Assembly (NCBI RefSeq): GCF_963921235.1 | Contig: NC_086097.1 | Span: 145,268,001-145,332,000 of the forward strand | Length of the DNA: 64,000 nt | Origin: Mobula hypostoma | Taxonomy: Eukaryota | Direction: 5' to 3' | Part shown: positions 13,779-25,858 of the stretch, piece by piece | Numbering within the stretch: the stretch's first letter is position 1 | Layout: every line of letters starts with the position of its first letter | Notes under the pieces: generated by a model | What the model was told of the DNA's origin: nothing | Database searches by the model: none | Seen by the model: the letters and a program-made list of their open reading frames with translations, nothing else | Made by a program: the position numbers and the translations under genes

Positions 13779-13928
13779 TTTGCCCTGGACACCACATAAA
13801 CCAGCAGTGGCAGCAAGTCATCCATGGGAAGTTTGTACTCCCTGTTCAGCACTCGAGTTATGGTTTTCTCAATCTCTTGATAGGTTTTCATGATGGTGTC
13901 CAGCTTATCCTGAGGATCTGCTGTAGAA
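13779..13928 (-). CDS. ALS2CL: ALS2CL exon (VPS9 domain)
   Basis: ctgcag|...|gtaagt; STADPQDKLDTIMKTYQEIEKTITRVLNREYKLPMDDLLPLLVYVVSRA (VPS9 MDDLLP motif). Confidence 0.95.
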
Positions 13929-14029
13929 CTGCAGAGATAGTTTTAGATTTGCCACATCAAATTCAAAGGACCATAAAGCAGCTCATCCACTTTTGTATAT
14001 TTTAATGATGTTATGAAGTTTTAGAGAGT

Positions 14030-15040
14030 TATAAAGTTGTACAGGACAAAAAAGGGCCCTTCCAGTTAATGTCCATGTCAAACTTTTTGCCCATCTACAC
14101 AAACCTATTTGCCCACATTGGATCTCTATCCTTCACGCCTTGCCTTTTTAAGTGTCACTTAAATGTAGTAATTGCATTTGACTCCAGCCCCTCCTCTGGC
14201 AGCACTTTCCAAATATCAACCACTTCCTGTATGAAAGATTTTCACCTCAAATCTCCTTAGCACTCCTTCCTCACACCTTAAACGAGTACCTTCTTATTTT
14301 TCAGAATCCTACCATGGAAAAAAAATTCTGACTATCTACCCTACTTATGCCTCTAAAAAAAATGTTGTCGCTCTATCAGATCATCCCTCAGTGTGTAAGT
14401 CAAGATGCAGGGTCTCAACCCAAAACATCAACTATTCCTTTGCCCCCAGAGTTGTTGCTTGGCCCATTGAGTTCCTTCAGCAGTTTGGTTTTAGTTCACA
14501 TTCCAAAATCTAGAGTGTCTTTCATCTCTACCCATTAGTCTCCTTCATTCTGGGGAAAAACAAACAAAGCCTATCACAAATTTTCCCCTAACTAAAAACC
14601 TCCATATCCTGAATCTCTTCTGCACTCTCTATAGTACAATAAAATCGACCAAAACTACGTATAACAATCTCTGCAGTCTAAGCATTTTTACCTGAGGTTC
14701 TGGCATAACATCCTAATTTTTATATTCTAAGCCTCTACCAATGAGGGCAAGTATGTCACATGCCTTCTTCACCACCTCATCTTCCTGTGTTGTGACTTTC
14801 AGGAACTGTGAACATGAATCCCAAAATCTCTCTTTTCATCAATGTTGCTTAGAGCCCTACGACTGACTACCCCATTTGACTTCCGAAAAAGTATCAGCTC
14901 GCACTGTCATAATTAAATTGAACCTGTTGTGCTCTATCCCACTTTCCATCTGATGTATATTTTACACTTCAGACACTGTCTACACCATCAACTTTCATGT
15001 CATCCACAAATGTATTAAGGATACCTCTTTTATTCATATT
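14030..15040 (-). mobile_element. Degenerate CR1-like LINE 3' fragment
   Basis: Resembles the reverse complement of CR1 3' ends elsewhere in the window; carries a short Penelope relic at ~14400-14520. Confidence 0.5.
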
Positions 15041-15541
15041 CATGTCAAAAATTCTTGGGTGACGGCTGATAAAGGGGTAGTGACTCCAGGAATTTAATAC
15101 AGTGTGAATTAAAGGAGATGAAAATTCTCCCAGGTTAGACCTTGGATATTGAAGGGAACACTATTAAGCAATTGACCCCTGTTCAATTAGGTGATAGCTT
15201 CAAAGGGATATTATAATGTAAAACATTTGATAAGCTTTTTAAATGCTGTTTTTCTGAACGAATTGGTGCTCCACATCATAATGTCAATACTACCGTTTAA
15301 ATAGCTTATACATTTGATAAAACCAATTAGTCCTCATCTCAAAGGTGCACAATCTATCTGGCATCTTATTGTCTGACTGCATTGCACTCTCTCTGTAAAC
15401 TATATTCTGCATTCCACATTGCTTTTTCCTTAAGCAAGAATTGTTCTGATGTGGTGAAATGATCTGTATGGATGGCATACAAAACAAAGTTTCTAATGTA
15501 CTTTCATACATGAGACTGTAATAAATTACCTCACTGCTCAC

Positions 15542-15603
15542 CTTATTTTTTGGAAACACAAGATGGCAGAAGTGAAGCACACATCTTTCACAATGGAAAT
15601 CCT
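15542..15603 (-). CDS. ALS2CL: ALS2CL exon
   Basis: gtgcag|...|gtgagc; RISIVKDVCFTSAILCFQKI. Confidence 0.9.
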
Positions 15604-17024
15604 CTGCACCAAAGAACAATATTTCAAGACTTAGTATTATACAAATCTGCAATATTGATTCTCTGTGATATTTTTTCTCTAATTCATTCCCAGCTGCTTT
15701 CAATACAAAATTGTCTGTGATGGAATTTCAATGATGGGTTAAGAATACCTCCCAGTTTAATTACTGCACACAAGCATAGGCAGTTCAATTCAAGTCTAAA
15801 GGTTACCTCCAATATTTTACTCTCTTCTAGGATAAAAATGTAATCTTAGATGTCACATCATTGCTGAACATAAAGCTGTAGGGTCATAGGGCACAGAAGG
15901 AGGCTCTTCAACCCATTACGTCCATGCAGATTTTTTTTGCCAATCTATATTAATCCTATTTATCTCCATTACATCTGTATCCTTCTATGCCTGGCCTATT
16001 TAGGTATCTGTTTAAGTACCTCTTAAATATTTTTGCCAAAATATTCTTCAGTGAAATAAGTGGCATAGCAGCTTGAATTGGTTTCTAAATTCCAGTGACC
16101 CATACTCAATCCTGACCGGATTTTGTCTATGTGGCGTTAACATATTCTCCCTGTGATTGCAGAGGTTTTCTCTGGAATATTCAATTTTCACTTAAAAGGC
16201 ATATATTGCAAAGGAATAAATGCAAACAAGGAATTTTTTGCACTCCTGTCTATATGGTAATAAACTAATGTGAATCTGCGAGAATAGGACTGATAGAACG
16301 GCTCTGAGAACTGAGAGATTCAAATGGACATAGTTGTTTACTTACTCTTTAAAGGCAACCCCTATCAGGATTTAGGCTGGTTGTATTTCAATACAATTGT
16401 TACATTTCTCATGGCAGAATGCAGTCAAACTGTGCATTAAAGGTGAATATTTATTTATTTATTTTTCCCTTTTTTTTTTTATTACAGGGTTTTGGCAAAA
16501 CTATCCTGAAAGTGTAGTTTTGGTATCTGTTCCTGAAGTAGGGTTAGCTTACAGGCAATACTCGATTGATTCATTAGAGTAATTCCAGGAATGTCGAGCT
16601 TTGTCTCATAAAGCAAAATTAAATTAATGGTTTACATTGATTGGAGCTGAGAATAGAGGTGTTTAATTGTATTTAACAAGGTGGGTACTGGGTAGGTATA
16701 TTTTTGGAATTACCTAGAAATAGGGAGCATAGTTTCAGATATAGTAGTACAACAGGTACATTCATTGATTAAGTTTCTCAGCTAGCATTCAAATGCCCAG
16801 ACCATTGATCCAGGCGCACAAGTTTGAATTCTATCATGGGCGCCAGTAAACTTAGAGTGAAATAGTTCAGTTTATCTGGAATGATAAGCTAGTGTTAATA
16901 ATGGTGATCACAAAATTACTGAATTCTCAATAAAAAACAACTTGAGACAAAGATTTCCTTCAGGGATGATAACTTTCCATCTTTACCTAATCTGGTGTAC
17001 ATGTGACTCCAGAACAACCAAAGC

Positions 17025-17310
17025 AGATAATCTAAAAAGCTACAGATGTGTGAAATCTGAATACAAACAGAAGATAAAGAAAAGTTGAAGCAGGTCAGGC
17101 AGCATCTGTGTGGAAATGAAACAATTAACATTTCAGATCAAAGAGCCTTCATCAGACCTTAGAAATAAAAACTTCTATTTCATTTCTGATGAAGGGTTTA
17201 GACTTGAAGCCTTAGCTCTGTTTCTCTTCCGACAGATGCAGCCTGACCCGAAGAGTATTTCCAGCATTTTCTATTTTTATTTTATATTTCTTAAATGTGC
17301 AGTTTTGTTT
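17025..17310. mobile_element. Old, degenerate Penelope-like fold-back
   Basis: gtcaggcagcatctgt...ccttcatcaga is mirrored by tctgatgaagg...acagatgcagcctgac. Confidence 0.65.
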
Positions 17311-17559
17311 TTGATTTTCAGAATATCTGAGTGTTGCTCACATCATGCTCAGTGTCAAACAATGGTCAGCAATGGTCACCAGTGACATTTCCACTTCAAT
17401 CGCTAATGAAATTACCTGAGGACTTGTGAGCTGCCGATCTGCTGTCAACAGTACAAACCTGTGATCACTAAGCTTGTTTAGGTTGCATCCAGTCCTCTCT
17501 CAAGCTCAGGTCTCAGGTCTCAGAAATAAAAAGGAAAATATTGCAATCTTCCTGTGGTT

Positions 17560-17932
17560 CTCTCAGCCGTTCTTTTCCCCCTCCCTTGCCCTCACGACCT
17601 GCCCATCACCTCACTCTGGTTCTGCACCTCCTTCTCTCTATTCCATGGTCTACTGTCCTTCCCTGTCAGATTCCTTCCTTTTTGGCCTTTTACCTCTTTC
17701 ACAATTCACCTGCTATCTTCTTATAAAATTTCATTCCCCTCCCCTACACACCTACCTCCCACTCACTTGAATTCACCTCTTCCTCTGTAGGCTTGTGTGC
17801 CTCCCCTCCTCCCAACCTTTTTATTCTGGCTTCTGCCCTCTCCCTTTTTGGTGCTGATAAAGGCATCAACTGTTCATTTCCTTCTGTAGATGCTGCCTAT
17901 CCTGCTGAGTTTCTCCAGTACTTTTTGTGTGT
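17560..17932 (+). mobile_element. Old Penelope-like 3' fragment
   Basis: Pyrimidine-rich body ending ctgataaag...tagatgctgcctatcctgctgagtt, similar to the family 3' end; shorter relics near 11560, 12420, 14410, 31620, 37560, 40070, 48720. Confidence 0.6.
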
Positions 17933-17945
17933 AGCTTGGGCTTAC

Positions 17946-17988
17946 CTGATTGTTTGTCAGATGTAGATCTTGAAGAGGCCACAAGTTC
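17946..17988 (-). CDS. ALS2CL: ALS2CL exon
   Basis: ttacag|...|gtaagc; NLWPLQDLHLTNNQ. Confidence 0.9.
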
Positions 17989-18364
17989 CTGTAAAACAAA
18001 CGAGAGTACATTCATTAAAGTACACCAGGTGCTTTTTCACAGTATTATTCATGATTGAATTCTGAGTGTTGCCAGCAAGGCCAACAATTATTCACATAGA
18101 TGAATGTTCCTATTCAAATACAATCTATGTGGGGTTGTTGAACTGAGAAAGGGTTAGGGAAAGAAGGGGTGTTTCCCTTGTTAATACCCCCCAAACACAG
18201 CTCAAGCAGGTCTTCTGGTCATTTTTCTAATGCTGTTTTGTGGGGGGCTCACTTAAACAAAATGGTTGATTGACACTCGTGACCAAACAATGTTCTTGGC
18301 TCGGAATTACTTTTGGGGTGTTCTGAACTCATGACAAGTGGCCTTTCTAAATGCAACTTCTTCC

Positions 18365-18591
18365 TGTAGTAACTTCTACTTTGAAAAAGGCACACACGAC
18401 AACTTCATGCCCAAGAAACAACTTTAGCTCGAACTTCAAAACCGTTATGTATATACAGAGGCTTTCACAACCCGTACAGCATGGCAGGGACACTATATAC
18501 AGAGACCACCTGAAGTAAAAAGAATGGAAGTAAAACCCCCCATTATCCTAATTAGTATTAACTTACTTCTAATAATGATCACATTACAACA
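18365..18591 (-). repeat. 3' LTR of the Gypsy element
   Basis: Direct repeat of 25393-25619, about 15 mismatches counted by eye. Confidence 0.93.
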
Positions 18592-18650
18592 CTTCTCCCC
18601 CTTTAAAATCCAACATCCCCAAATGTAAAAAACTAGGAAATAAAAACAGT

Positions 18651-18864
18651 AAACAACAGGAATTCTGCAGATGCTGGAAATTCAAGCAACATACATCAAA
18701 GTTGCTGGTGAACGCAGCAGGCCAAGCAGCATCTATAGGAAGAGGCGCAGTCGACGTTTCAGGCCGAGACCCTTCGTCAGGACTACGAAGGGTCTCGGCC
18801 TGAAACGTCGACTGCGCCTCTTCCTATAGATGCTGCTTGGCCTGCTGCGTTCACCTGCAACTTT
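18651..18864. mobile_element. Penelope-like mini fold-back insertion (A)
   Basis: ~80-bp inverted arms around 18778-18785; TSD gaaataaaaacagt at 18637-18650 and 18865-18878. Confidence 0.9.
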
Positions 18865-21800
18865 GAAATAAAAACAGTGGTGGTATTAACTTGCGTACCC
18901 CTGAAAACTTATACTAGTACCTCAGCAACTGTTTATCAATACAAAACATCTGGAAAACATGACAGATTCAACATTCAATCTAACAACAACAAAAAACTGT
19001 CCCGTCAAAGATTCAGTCTGTCAGGAGGTTTACGAGTGAGCTGTGATCTGCGCACTACCCCCCATGACCCAGCAGGCACCGCTGGTGAGGGTGTTTTGAG
19101 TGGATCTGGTTTTGGGGGCAGGAGAGGGGTCTGTGTGTCTGCGTGAGAATGTCCGTCCTCCTCAGCGGACTTCGACCCCTCTGCCAGCGTCTCGCCCTCT
19201 GGACATGCTTCCACTGTAGTCTGTCTCACAAATGGAAACTCCATGGAACTGTCTGCCTCTGAGTCGGTATCATGACGCAGGCGCACATGGTCCTGATGTC
19301 TGTGGAAAACACTCCCATCAGTCAGCTTAACAACATAGGAGACAGGACCACTCTGCTTAAGAATAACCCCAGGCAGCCATTGCTGATTGTTTCTCACATA
19401 AACATTGTCATCCGGTTTTAACTGTTACTCTCACGCATGTTGATCATGTCCCTCCTTCTGCTTTTCCTGCTTTCTCTCCACTTTTGCTTTCATATCCGGG
19501 CACAGCAGGTCCAATCTTGACTTGGGCCTACACCCTATCAGCATCTCTGCTGGAGTGCGGGCAGTCGTAGTCTGCGGCATGAGGCAGTATTTAAACAAGA
19601 AACGTGAAAGCCGAATGCTAAGAGAGTCCCCTGTCATCCGCTTCAGGCCTTCCTTCACTATCCGAACAGCCCCCTCAGCCAAACCATTGGAGGCTGGGTG
19701 GAAAGGGGCCGTCCGAATGTGATGAATGCCATTCTGCTGCATGAACTCACTGAACAGCTCACTGGTGAACATCGGGCCATTATCAGTGACCAAAGTGTCA
19801 GGCAACCCGTGGACTACAAATACTTGCCTGACTTTGTCTATAGTTGAGGGGGCTGTGATGTTGCTCATGATGTGAGCTTCGATCCATTTAGAATGCGCAT
19901 CTACCATTACAAGAAATATCTGCCCCATAAAAGGACCAGCAAAGTCCAAATGTAGCCTAGACCAGGGGTGGTCTGGCCACTCCCATGGATGCAAAGGAGC
20001 TGGTGGTGGCATATTCTGATTAGTCTGACATTGCGTACATGATTTTACCTTGTTCTCCAGATCCTGATCCATTCCTGGCCACCAAACATAGGATCTTGCA
20101 AGACTTTTCATTTGAAACACTCCTGGGTGAGTCTCATGAATTTCCTCCACAATCTTAATTGGCCAGGGGGAGGCACAACAACCCTCGCCCCCCAGAAAAT
20201 GCAGCCATCCTGCGGACTGACTTCAGTCTTGCATTTGGCATAAGGCCTCATTTCCTCTCCTTCCACGGCTCTGGGCCAACCTTGTAAAAGAAAAGTCTTG
20301 ACTTGGGACAGGATTGGGTCCCTCTCTGTCTGCTGCCTGATCTGGGTCACCTTTACAGTCTCTGGAGGCACATATGTAGTAACAGGTGTCTCAGGTAAAG
20401 GTAGTCGACCCAGTGCATCAGTATTTGCATTATTCCCACCCACTCTGTACAGTACACTATAGTGTACCAGTAGGCTGACAATGCAAGAGCCCAACACTGT
20501 ATCCTGGTTGACGCTAGCGGTGCAATGCATCTAGTCCCACTGAACAGGCTCATCGGTGGTTTATAGTCCGTATAAATTGTAAATGCGCGTCCATAAAGGT
20601 ACTGATGAAAGCGTGTGACCACAAAAACAATGGTCACACCTTCTTTGTCTAGCTGTGAATATCCCTTCTCAGCAGCTGTCAAGGTACGTGAAGCAAAACC
20701 AATAGGCTTCTCTGAACGGTCCTCCATTACATGTGAAAGAACTGGCTCGACTCCATAGGGCGCAGCATCGCATGCAAGGGTGACCTCCTTCTCTGGGTCA
20801 TAGTGAACAAGCAGCTTCGCTGAGTGGAAGAGTTCTTTCACTTCCTTGAAAGCTTCCTCCTGCTCTTCACCCCACTGCCACTTAGTGTTATTGTGAAGCA
20901 GCTTATACAGTGGGGTCAAAACCCTTGAGAGGTCGGGAAGAAACTTGCCATAATAATTCACCATGCCCAAAAATGATCTGAGTTCTGTGACGGTCTTAGG
21001 GCTTGGGGCCTCCTTAATAGCTCTTACTTTATTCTCCACAGGGCAAAGCCCCTCAGCTGTGATCTTGTGTCCCAGGTAAGTCACACTTGATGCCAGGAAC
21101 ACACATTTTCCGCTTTGTGAACAGCTTACCCCCTGACAGGGTCGCAAACAGGTCATCCACCAATGGCAATGGGTACTCCTCCAGCCTAGAGACCTGATTC
21201 ACCGTAAATTTATAATCCCCACAAATCCTCACTATTTTGTCTGCCTTAAAAACTGTAACAATGGGAGCCGCCCACCTTGAAAACTGGATGGACTCAATAA
21301 TGCCCAGCCTCTGTAAACATTCCAGCTCCTCCTCGACTTTGCCTTTTATGGCATAGGGCACCGACCTGGGCTTAACAAAACGTGATGTAGCCTCAGGGTC
21401 GACATGGAGTTTCACTGTCACACCCTTCAGTGTTCCTAGCTCGTCCCTGAAAACGTCACTGTACTGCTGCAGAATGTCCTCCATCGTGTGTGCAGACTTA
21501 ATTTCATGCCAGTTTAGCCGCAATTTGCGAAGCCAATTGTGACCCAAAAGACTGGACCCCCTGCCCTTAGCTATCACTAGCCTGGCTTCATCCTTCTGAC
21601 TCCCGGCTGAAATGTCCACATATAACACCCCTAAATGAGGTATGGGCTGCCCTGTATATATCCTAAGTTTGAGCTTTGACGGTCTAATGGGAGGCAGGTT
21701 GGACCCCCATGTCCTCCTGTAGGTCTCCTCACTAATGACCGATGCAGTAGCCCCTGAATCAATCTCAAACTTAATGCCCTTTCCCCTGACAGTGACTGTG

Positions 21801-22832
21801 GCATAATATGGTTCAGGTGGTTCCTCACCTGTTTCCACTGCAAACACGTTGTAGGCACACGCTGCCTCTTCATCTGCTTCTTCTAGATGGTGTGTGGCTG
21901 CCTGAGCCTGTTGAGCATTCCCCTGCCCAGGCTTAATCTTACCCTATCAACTTCTGCACTTTTTAGCTAGATGTCCCTTTTTGCTGCAAGATGGCAGACA
22001 GTGTCCTTGAATTTGCAATCATTTGCATAGTGCGTCCCTCCACACCGGAAACATTCCACCCACTTTGCCTGTTTACCAGTCTCCCTCCTGACTTTATTAC
22101 TTTATTACTTTATTGCCGCCTAACAGTTGATACTAAAGCATACAATCATCACAGCGATATTTGATTCCATGCTTCGCGCTCCCTGGAGTACAAATCGATA
22201 GTATATATCATAAAAATTTAAATTATAAATCATAAATAGAAAATAGAAAAGGGAAAGTAAGGTAGTGCAAAATAAACTGAGAGGCGGGTCCAGATATTTG
22301 GAGGATATGGCCCAGATCCGGGTCAGGATCCGTTCAGCAGTCTTATCACAGCTGGAAGGAAGCTGTTCCCAAATCTGGCCGTACAAGTCTTCAAGCTCCT
22401 GAGCCTTCTCCCGGAGGGAATAGGGACGAAAAGTGTATTGGCTGGGTGGGTCGTGTCCTTGATTATCCTGGCAGCACTGCTCCGACAGCATGCGGTGTAA
22501 AGTGAGTCCAAGGACGGAAGATTGGTTTGTGTGATGTGCTGGGCTGTGTTTACGATCTTCTGAAGCTTCTTCTGGTCTTGGACAGGACAACTTCCATACC
22601 AGATTGTGATGCACCCTAGAAGAATGCTTTCTACGGTGCATCTTTAAAAGTTAGTGAGGGTTTTAGGGGACAGGCCAAATTTCTTTAGTTTTCTCAGGAA
22701 GTAAAGGCATTGGTGGGCCTTCTTGGCAGTGGACTCTGCTTGGCTGGACCAAGTCAGGTCATTTGTGATATTGACCCCGAGGAACTTAAAGCTTTTGACC
22801 TGCTCCACTTGTGCACCACCAATGTAAATGCT

Positions 22833-24312
22833 TGAAAGTTGCTGGTGAACGCAGCAGGCCAAGCAGCATCTATAGGAAGAGGTGCAGTCGACGTTTCAGG
22901 CCGAGACCCTTCGTCAGGACTAACTGAAGGAAGAGTGAGTAAGGGATTTGAAAGTTGAAGGGGGAGGGGGAGATCCAAAATGATAGGAGAAGACAGGAGG
23001 GGGAGGGATAGAGCCGAGAGCTGGACAGGTGATAGGCAAAAGGGGATACGAGAGGATCATGGGACAGGAGGTCCGGGAAGAAAGACGGGGGGGGGGGGAT
23101 GACCCAGAGGATAGGCAAGAGGTATATTCCGAGGGACAGAGGGAGAAAAAGGAGAGTGAGAGAAAGAATGTGTGCGTAAAAATGAGTAACAGATGGGGTA
23201 CGAGGGGGAGGTGGGGCCTTAGCGGAAGTTAGAGAAGTCGATGTTCATGCCATCAGGTTGGAGGCTACCCAGACGGAATATAAGGTGTTGTTCCTCCAAC
23301 CTGAGTGTGGCTTCATCTTTACAGTAGAGGAGGCCATGGATAGACATGTCAGAATGGGAATGGGATGTGGAATTAAAATGTGTGGCCACTGGGAGATCCT
23401 GCTTTCTCTGGCGGACAGAGCGTAGATGTTCAGCAAAGCGGTCTCCCAGTCTGCGTCGGGTCTCACCAATATATAAAAGGCCACATCGGGAGCACCGGAC
23501 GCAGTATATCACCCCAGTCGACTCACAGGTGAAGTGATGCCTCACCTGGAAGGACTGTTTGGGGCCCTGAATGGTGGTAAGGGAGGAAGTGTAAGGGCAT
23601 GTGTAGCACTTGTTCCACTTACATGGATAAGTGCCAGGAGGGAGATCAGTGGGGAGGGATGGGGGGGACGAATGGACAAGGGAGTTGTGTAGGGAGCGAT
23701 CCCTGCGGAATGCAGAGAGAGTGGGGGAGGGAAAGATGTGCTTAGTGGTGGGATCCTGTTGGAGGTGGCGGAAGTTACGGAGAATAATATGTTGGACCCG
23801 GAGGCTGGTGGGGTGGTAGGTGAGGACCAGGGTAGCCTCCAACCTGATGGCATGAACATCGACTTCTCTAACTTCCGCTAAGGCCCCACCTCCCCCTCGT
23901 ACCCCATCTGTTACTCATTTTTATGCACACATTCTTTCTCTCACTCTCCTTTTTCTCCCTCTGTCCCTCGGAATATACCTCTTGCCCATCCTCTGGGTCA
24001 CCCGCTCCCCTTGTCTTTCTTCCCGGACCTCCTGTCCCATGATCCTCTCGTATCCCCTTTTGCCTATCACCTGTCCAGCTCTCGGCTCTATCCCTCCCCC
24101 TCCTGTCTTCTCTTATCATTTTGGATCTCCCCCTCCCCCTCCAACTTCCAAATTCCTTACTCACTCTTCCTTCAGTTAGTCCTGACGAAGGGTCTCGGCC
24201 TGAAACGTCGACTGCACCTCTTCCTATAGATGCTGCTTGGCCTGCTGCGTTCACCAGCAACTTTGATGTATGTTGCTTGAATTTCCAGCATCTGCAGAAT
24301 TCCTGTTGTTTG
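22833..24312. mobile_element. Penelope-like fold-back insertion (B) with GIY-YIG endonuclease 3' fragment
   Basis: Minus arm 22833-~23832 encodes YPCKWNKCYTC...GVIYCVRCSRCGLLYIGET...RFAEH (ORF 23219-23842); plus arm ~23830-24311; TSD caatgtaaatgct at 22820-22832 and 24313-24325. Confidence 0.93.
24178..24213 (+). ncRNA. Minimal type I hammerhead ribozyme motif (representative copy)
   Basis: AGTC-CTGACGA-AGG(gtctcgg)CCT-GAAAC-GTC^-GACT; also at 33301-33336 (+), 35308-35343 (+), 18749-18784 (-), 22886-22921 (-), 33531-33566 (-); variant copies 32841-32876 (-), 49971-50006 (-), 50082-50117 (+). Confidence 0.82.
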
Positions 24313-25392
24313 CAATGTAAATGCTACTCGTTCTGAAGTCAACAACCAATTCCTTCGTCTTGCTGACATTGAGGGATAGGTTATTGTCTTCACACCATGC
24401 CACCAGGTTCTTAATTTCCTCTCTGTACTCAAACTCATCATTACCCGAGATACGACCTACAATTGTTGTGTCATCAGCAAATTTATATATAGAGTTCAAT
24501 GGAAACTTGGCTACACAATCATGGGTGGACAGTGAGTACAGCAAGGGGCTGAGTACACAGCCTTGTGGGGCACCAGTGCTCAGAGTGATTGTAGAGGAGA
24601 GCTTGTCCCCTATTTTTACAGCCTTGGTCCTGTCTGTGAGGAAGTTGAAGATGCAGCTACAGATCTGAGTGCTAAGACCCAGGTTCCGGAGCTTAGGAAT
24701 CAGTTTATCTGGAATGATGGTATTAAAGGCAATGCTGTAATCAATGAAAAAGGAGACTTGGGGCAATGCTGCTGACTGCGATCCCCATGTCCTTTCTGGA
24801 TATTTTTGACATTATTAGCAGCCATCTCCATGCCTTGGGCAATCTCTAAAGCTTTCCTGAAAGTCAATGGTGGGGTGTCCCCACAGGAGGTGTTGTGTTC
24901 CGTCATTATTAATGCCGCATACCAATCGATCACGGAGCATGTCTTCCAACACCGCTCCGAAATCACAATGCTCCGACAGTTGCCAAAGCTCGGCCACAAA
25001 ATTAGCCACAGACTGACCTGGCTTCCTGAAACGGCTGTGAAATTTACACTGTTGGACTATCACAGAAGGTTTCGGATTGTAATGTTTCCCCATGAGCTTG
25101 ACCAATTCGTCATATGGAATGTCCCCCGGTTTCCACGGTGCGGCTAAATTCCTTATTAGCTTGTAAGTCTTCGCCCCACACACACTCAGGTGAATAGAGC
25201 ATTTCTTAGCCTCCTCAGTAATTCCATTAGCACAGAAAAAGTGTCCCAACCTTTCCTCATACTCTAGCCAGTCCTCGTTTCCGTCCCAAAATTCCCTGAT
25301 AGTTCCAAACATAGCCATCTGAAATGCAAAGCTCCCATTCGAAAAACGTGCCAATACGTTCACAAAACCAGTTCACCTCATCGCCAAAAATA

Positions 25393-25619
25393 TGTAGTAA
25401 CTTCTACTTTGAAAAAGGCACACTCAACAACTTCATGCCCAAGAAACAACTTTATCTCGAACTTCAAAACTCTTATGTATTTACAGATGCTTTCACAACC
25501 CGTACGGTATGGCAGGGACACTATATACAGGGACCACCAGAATTAAAAAGAACGGAAGTAAAACCCCCCATTATCCTAATTAGTATTAACTTACTTTTAA
25601 TAATGCTCACATTACAACA
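25393..25619 (-). repeat. 5' LTR of the Gypsy element
   Basis: Direct repeat of 18365-18591, followed on minus strand by the PBS-like motif. Confidence 0.93.
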
Positions 25620-25681
25620 CTTACCATCAATAATTTCATTCAGTGTCTCCACTCAAGATCCATAAAGTAATCTACACTTAC

Positions 25682-25858
25682 TTTTGTACTTCTAGGAACT
25701 CCAGGAGCTTAGTGTCAGAGAGGTACTCCAAATATAATATTCCCTTCCAGTATCTTGAGTCCTCATCTTCATGATACAGCATATAGAGCATGAAGAGATC
25801 AGGATAGAACCGTGGCAAGATTAGGGGAAGAACCACTGTGTAAGCATTTAGCTCTTCA
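25682..25858 (-). CDS. ALS2CL: ALS2CL exon
   Basis: ctgtag|...|gtaagt; EELNAYTVVLPLILPRFYPDLFMLY...DTKLLEFLEVQK. Confidence 0.95.

Larger units (their letters stand above)
22093..24750 (-). mobile_element. 5'-truncated Rex1/Babar-like LINE inserted in Gypsy gag, interrupted by Penelope insertion B
   Basis: RT motifs [25 protein letters not shown] (24251-24766); C-terminus FKFLGVNIT...LYFLRKLKKF and ARFGNSFLPAVIRLLN; (tttattac)n tail near 22093-22113. Confidence 0.88.
18365..25619 (-). mobile_element. Decayed full-length Ty3/Gypsy (Mag-like) LTR retrotransposon with nested insertions
   Basis: Two 227-bp LTRs (TG...CA on minus); PBS-like TGGCGATGAGG at 25376-25386; PPT AAAGGGGGAGAAG next to the 3' LTR; gag (24815-25363), protease EIDSGA + RT (21053-21847), RT/RNase H (20353-21156), integrase HHCC + D,D,E (19431-20150); frameshifts; flanks cttcc/cttac (near 5-bp TSD). 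Confidence 0.95.
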
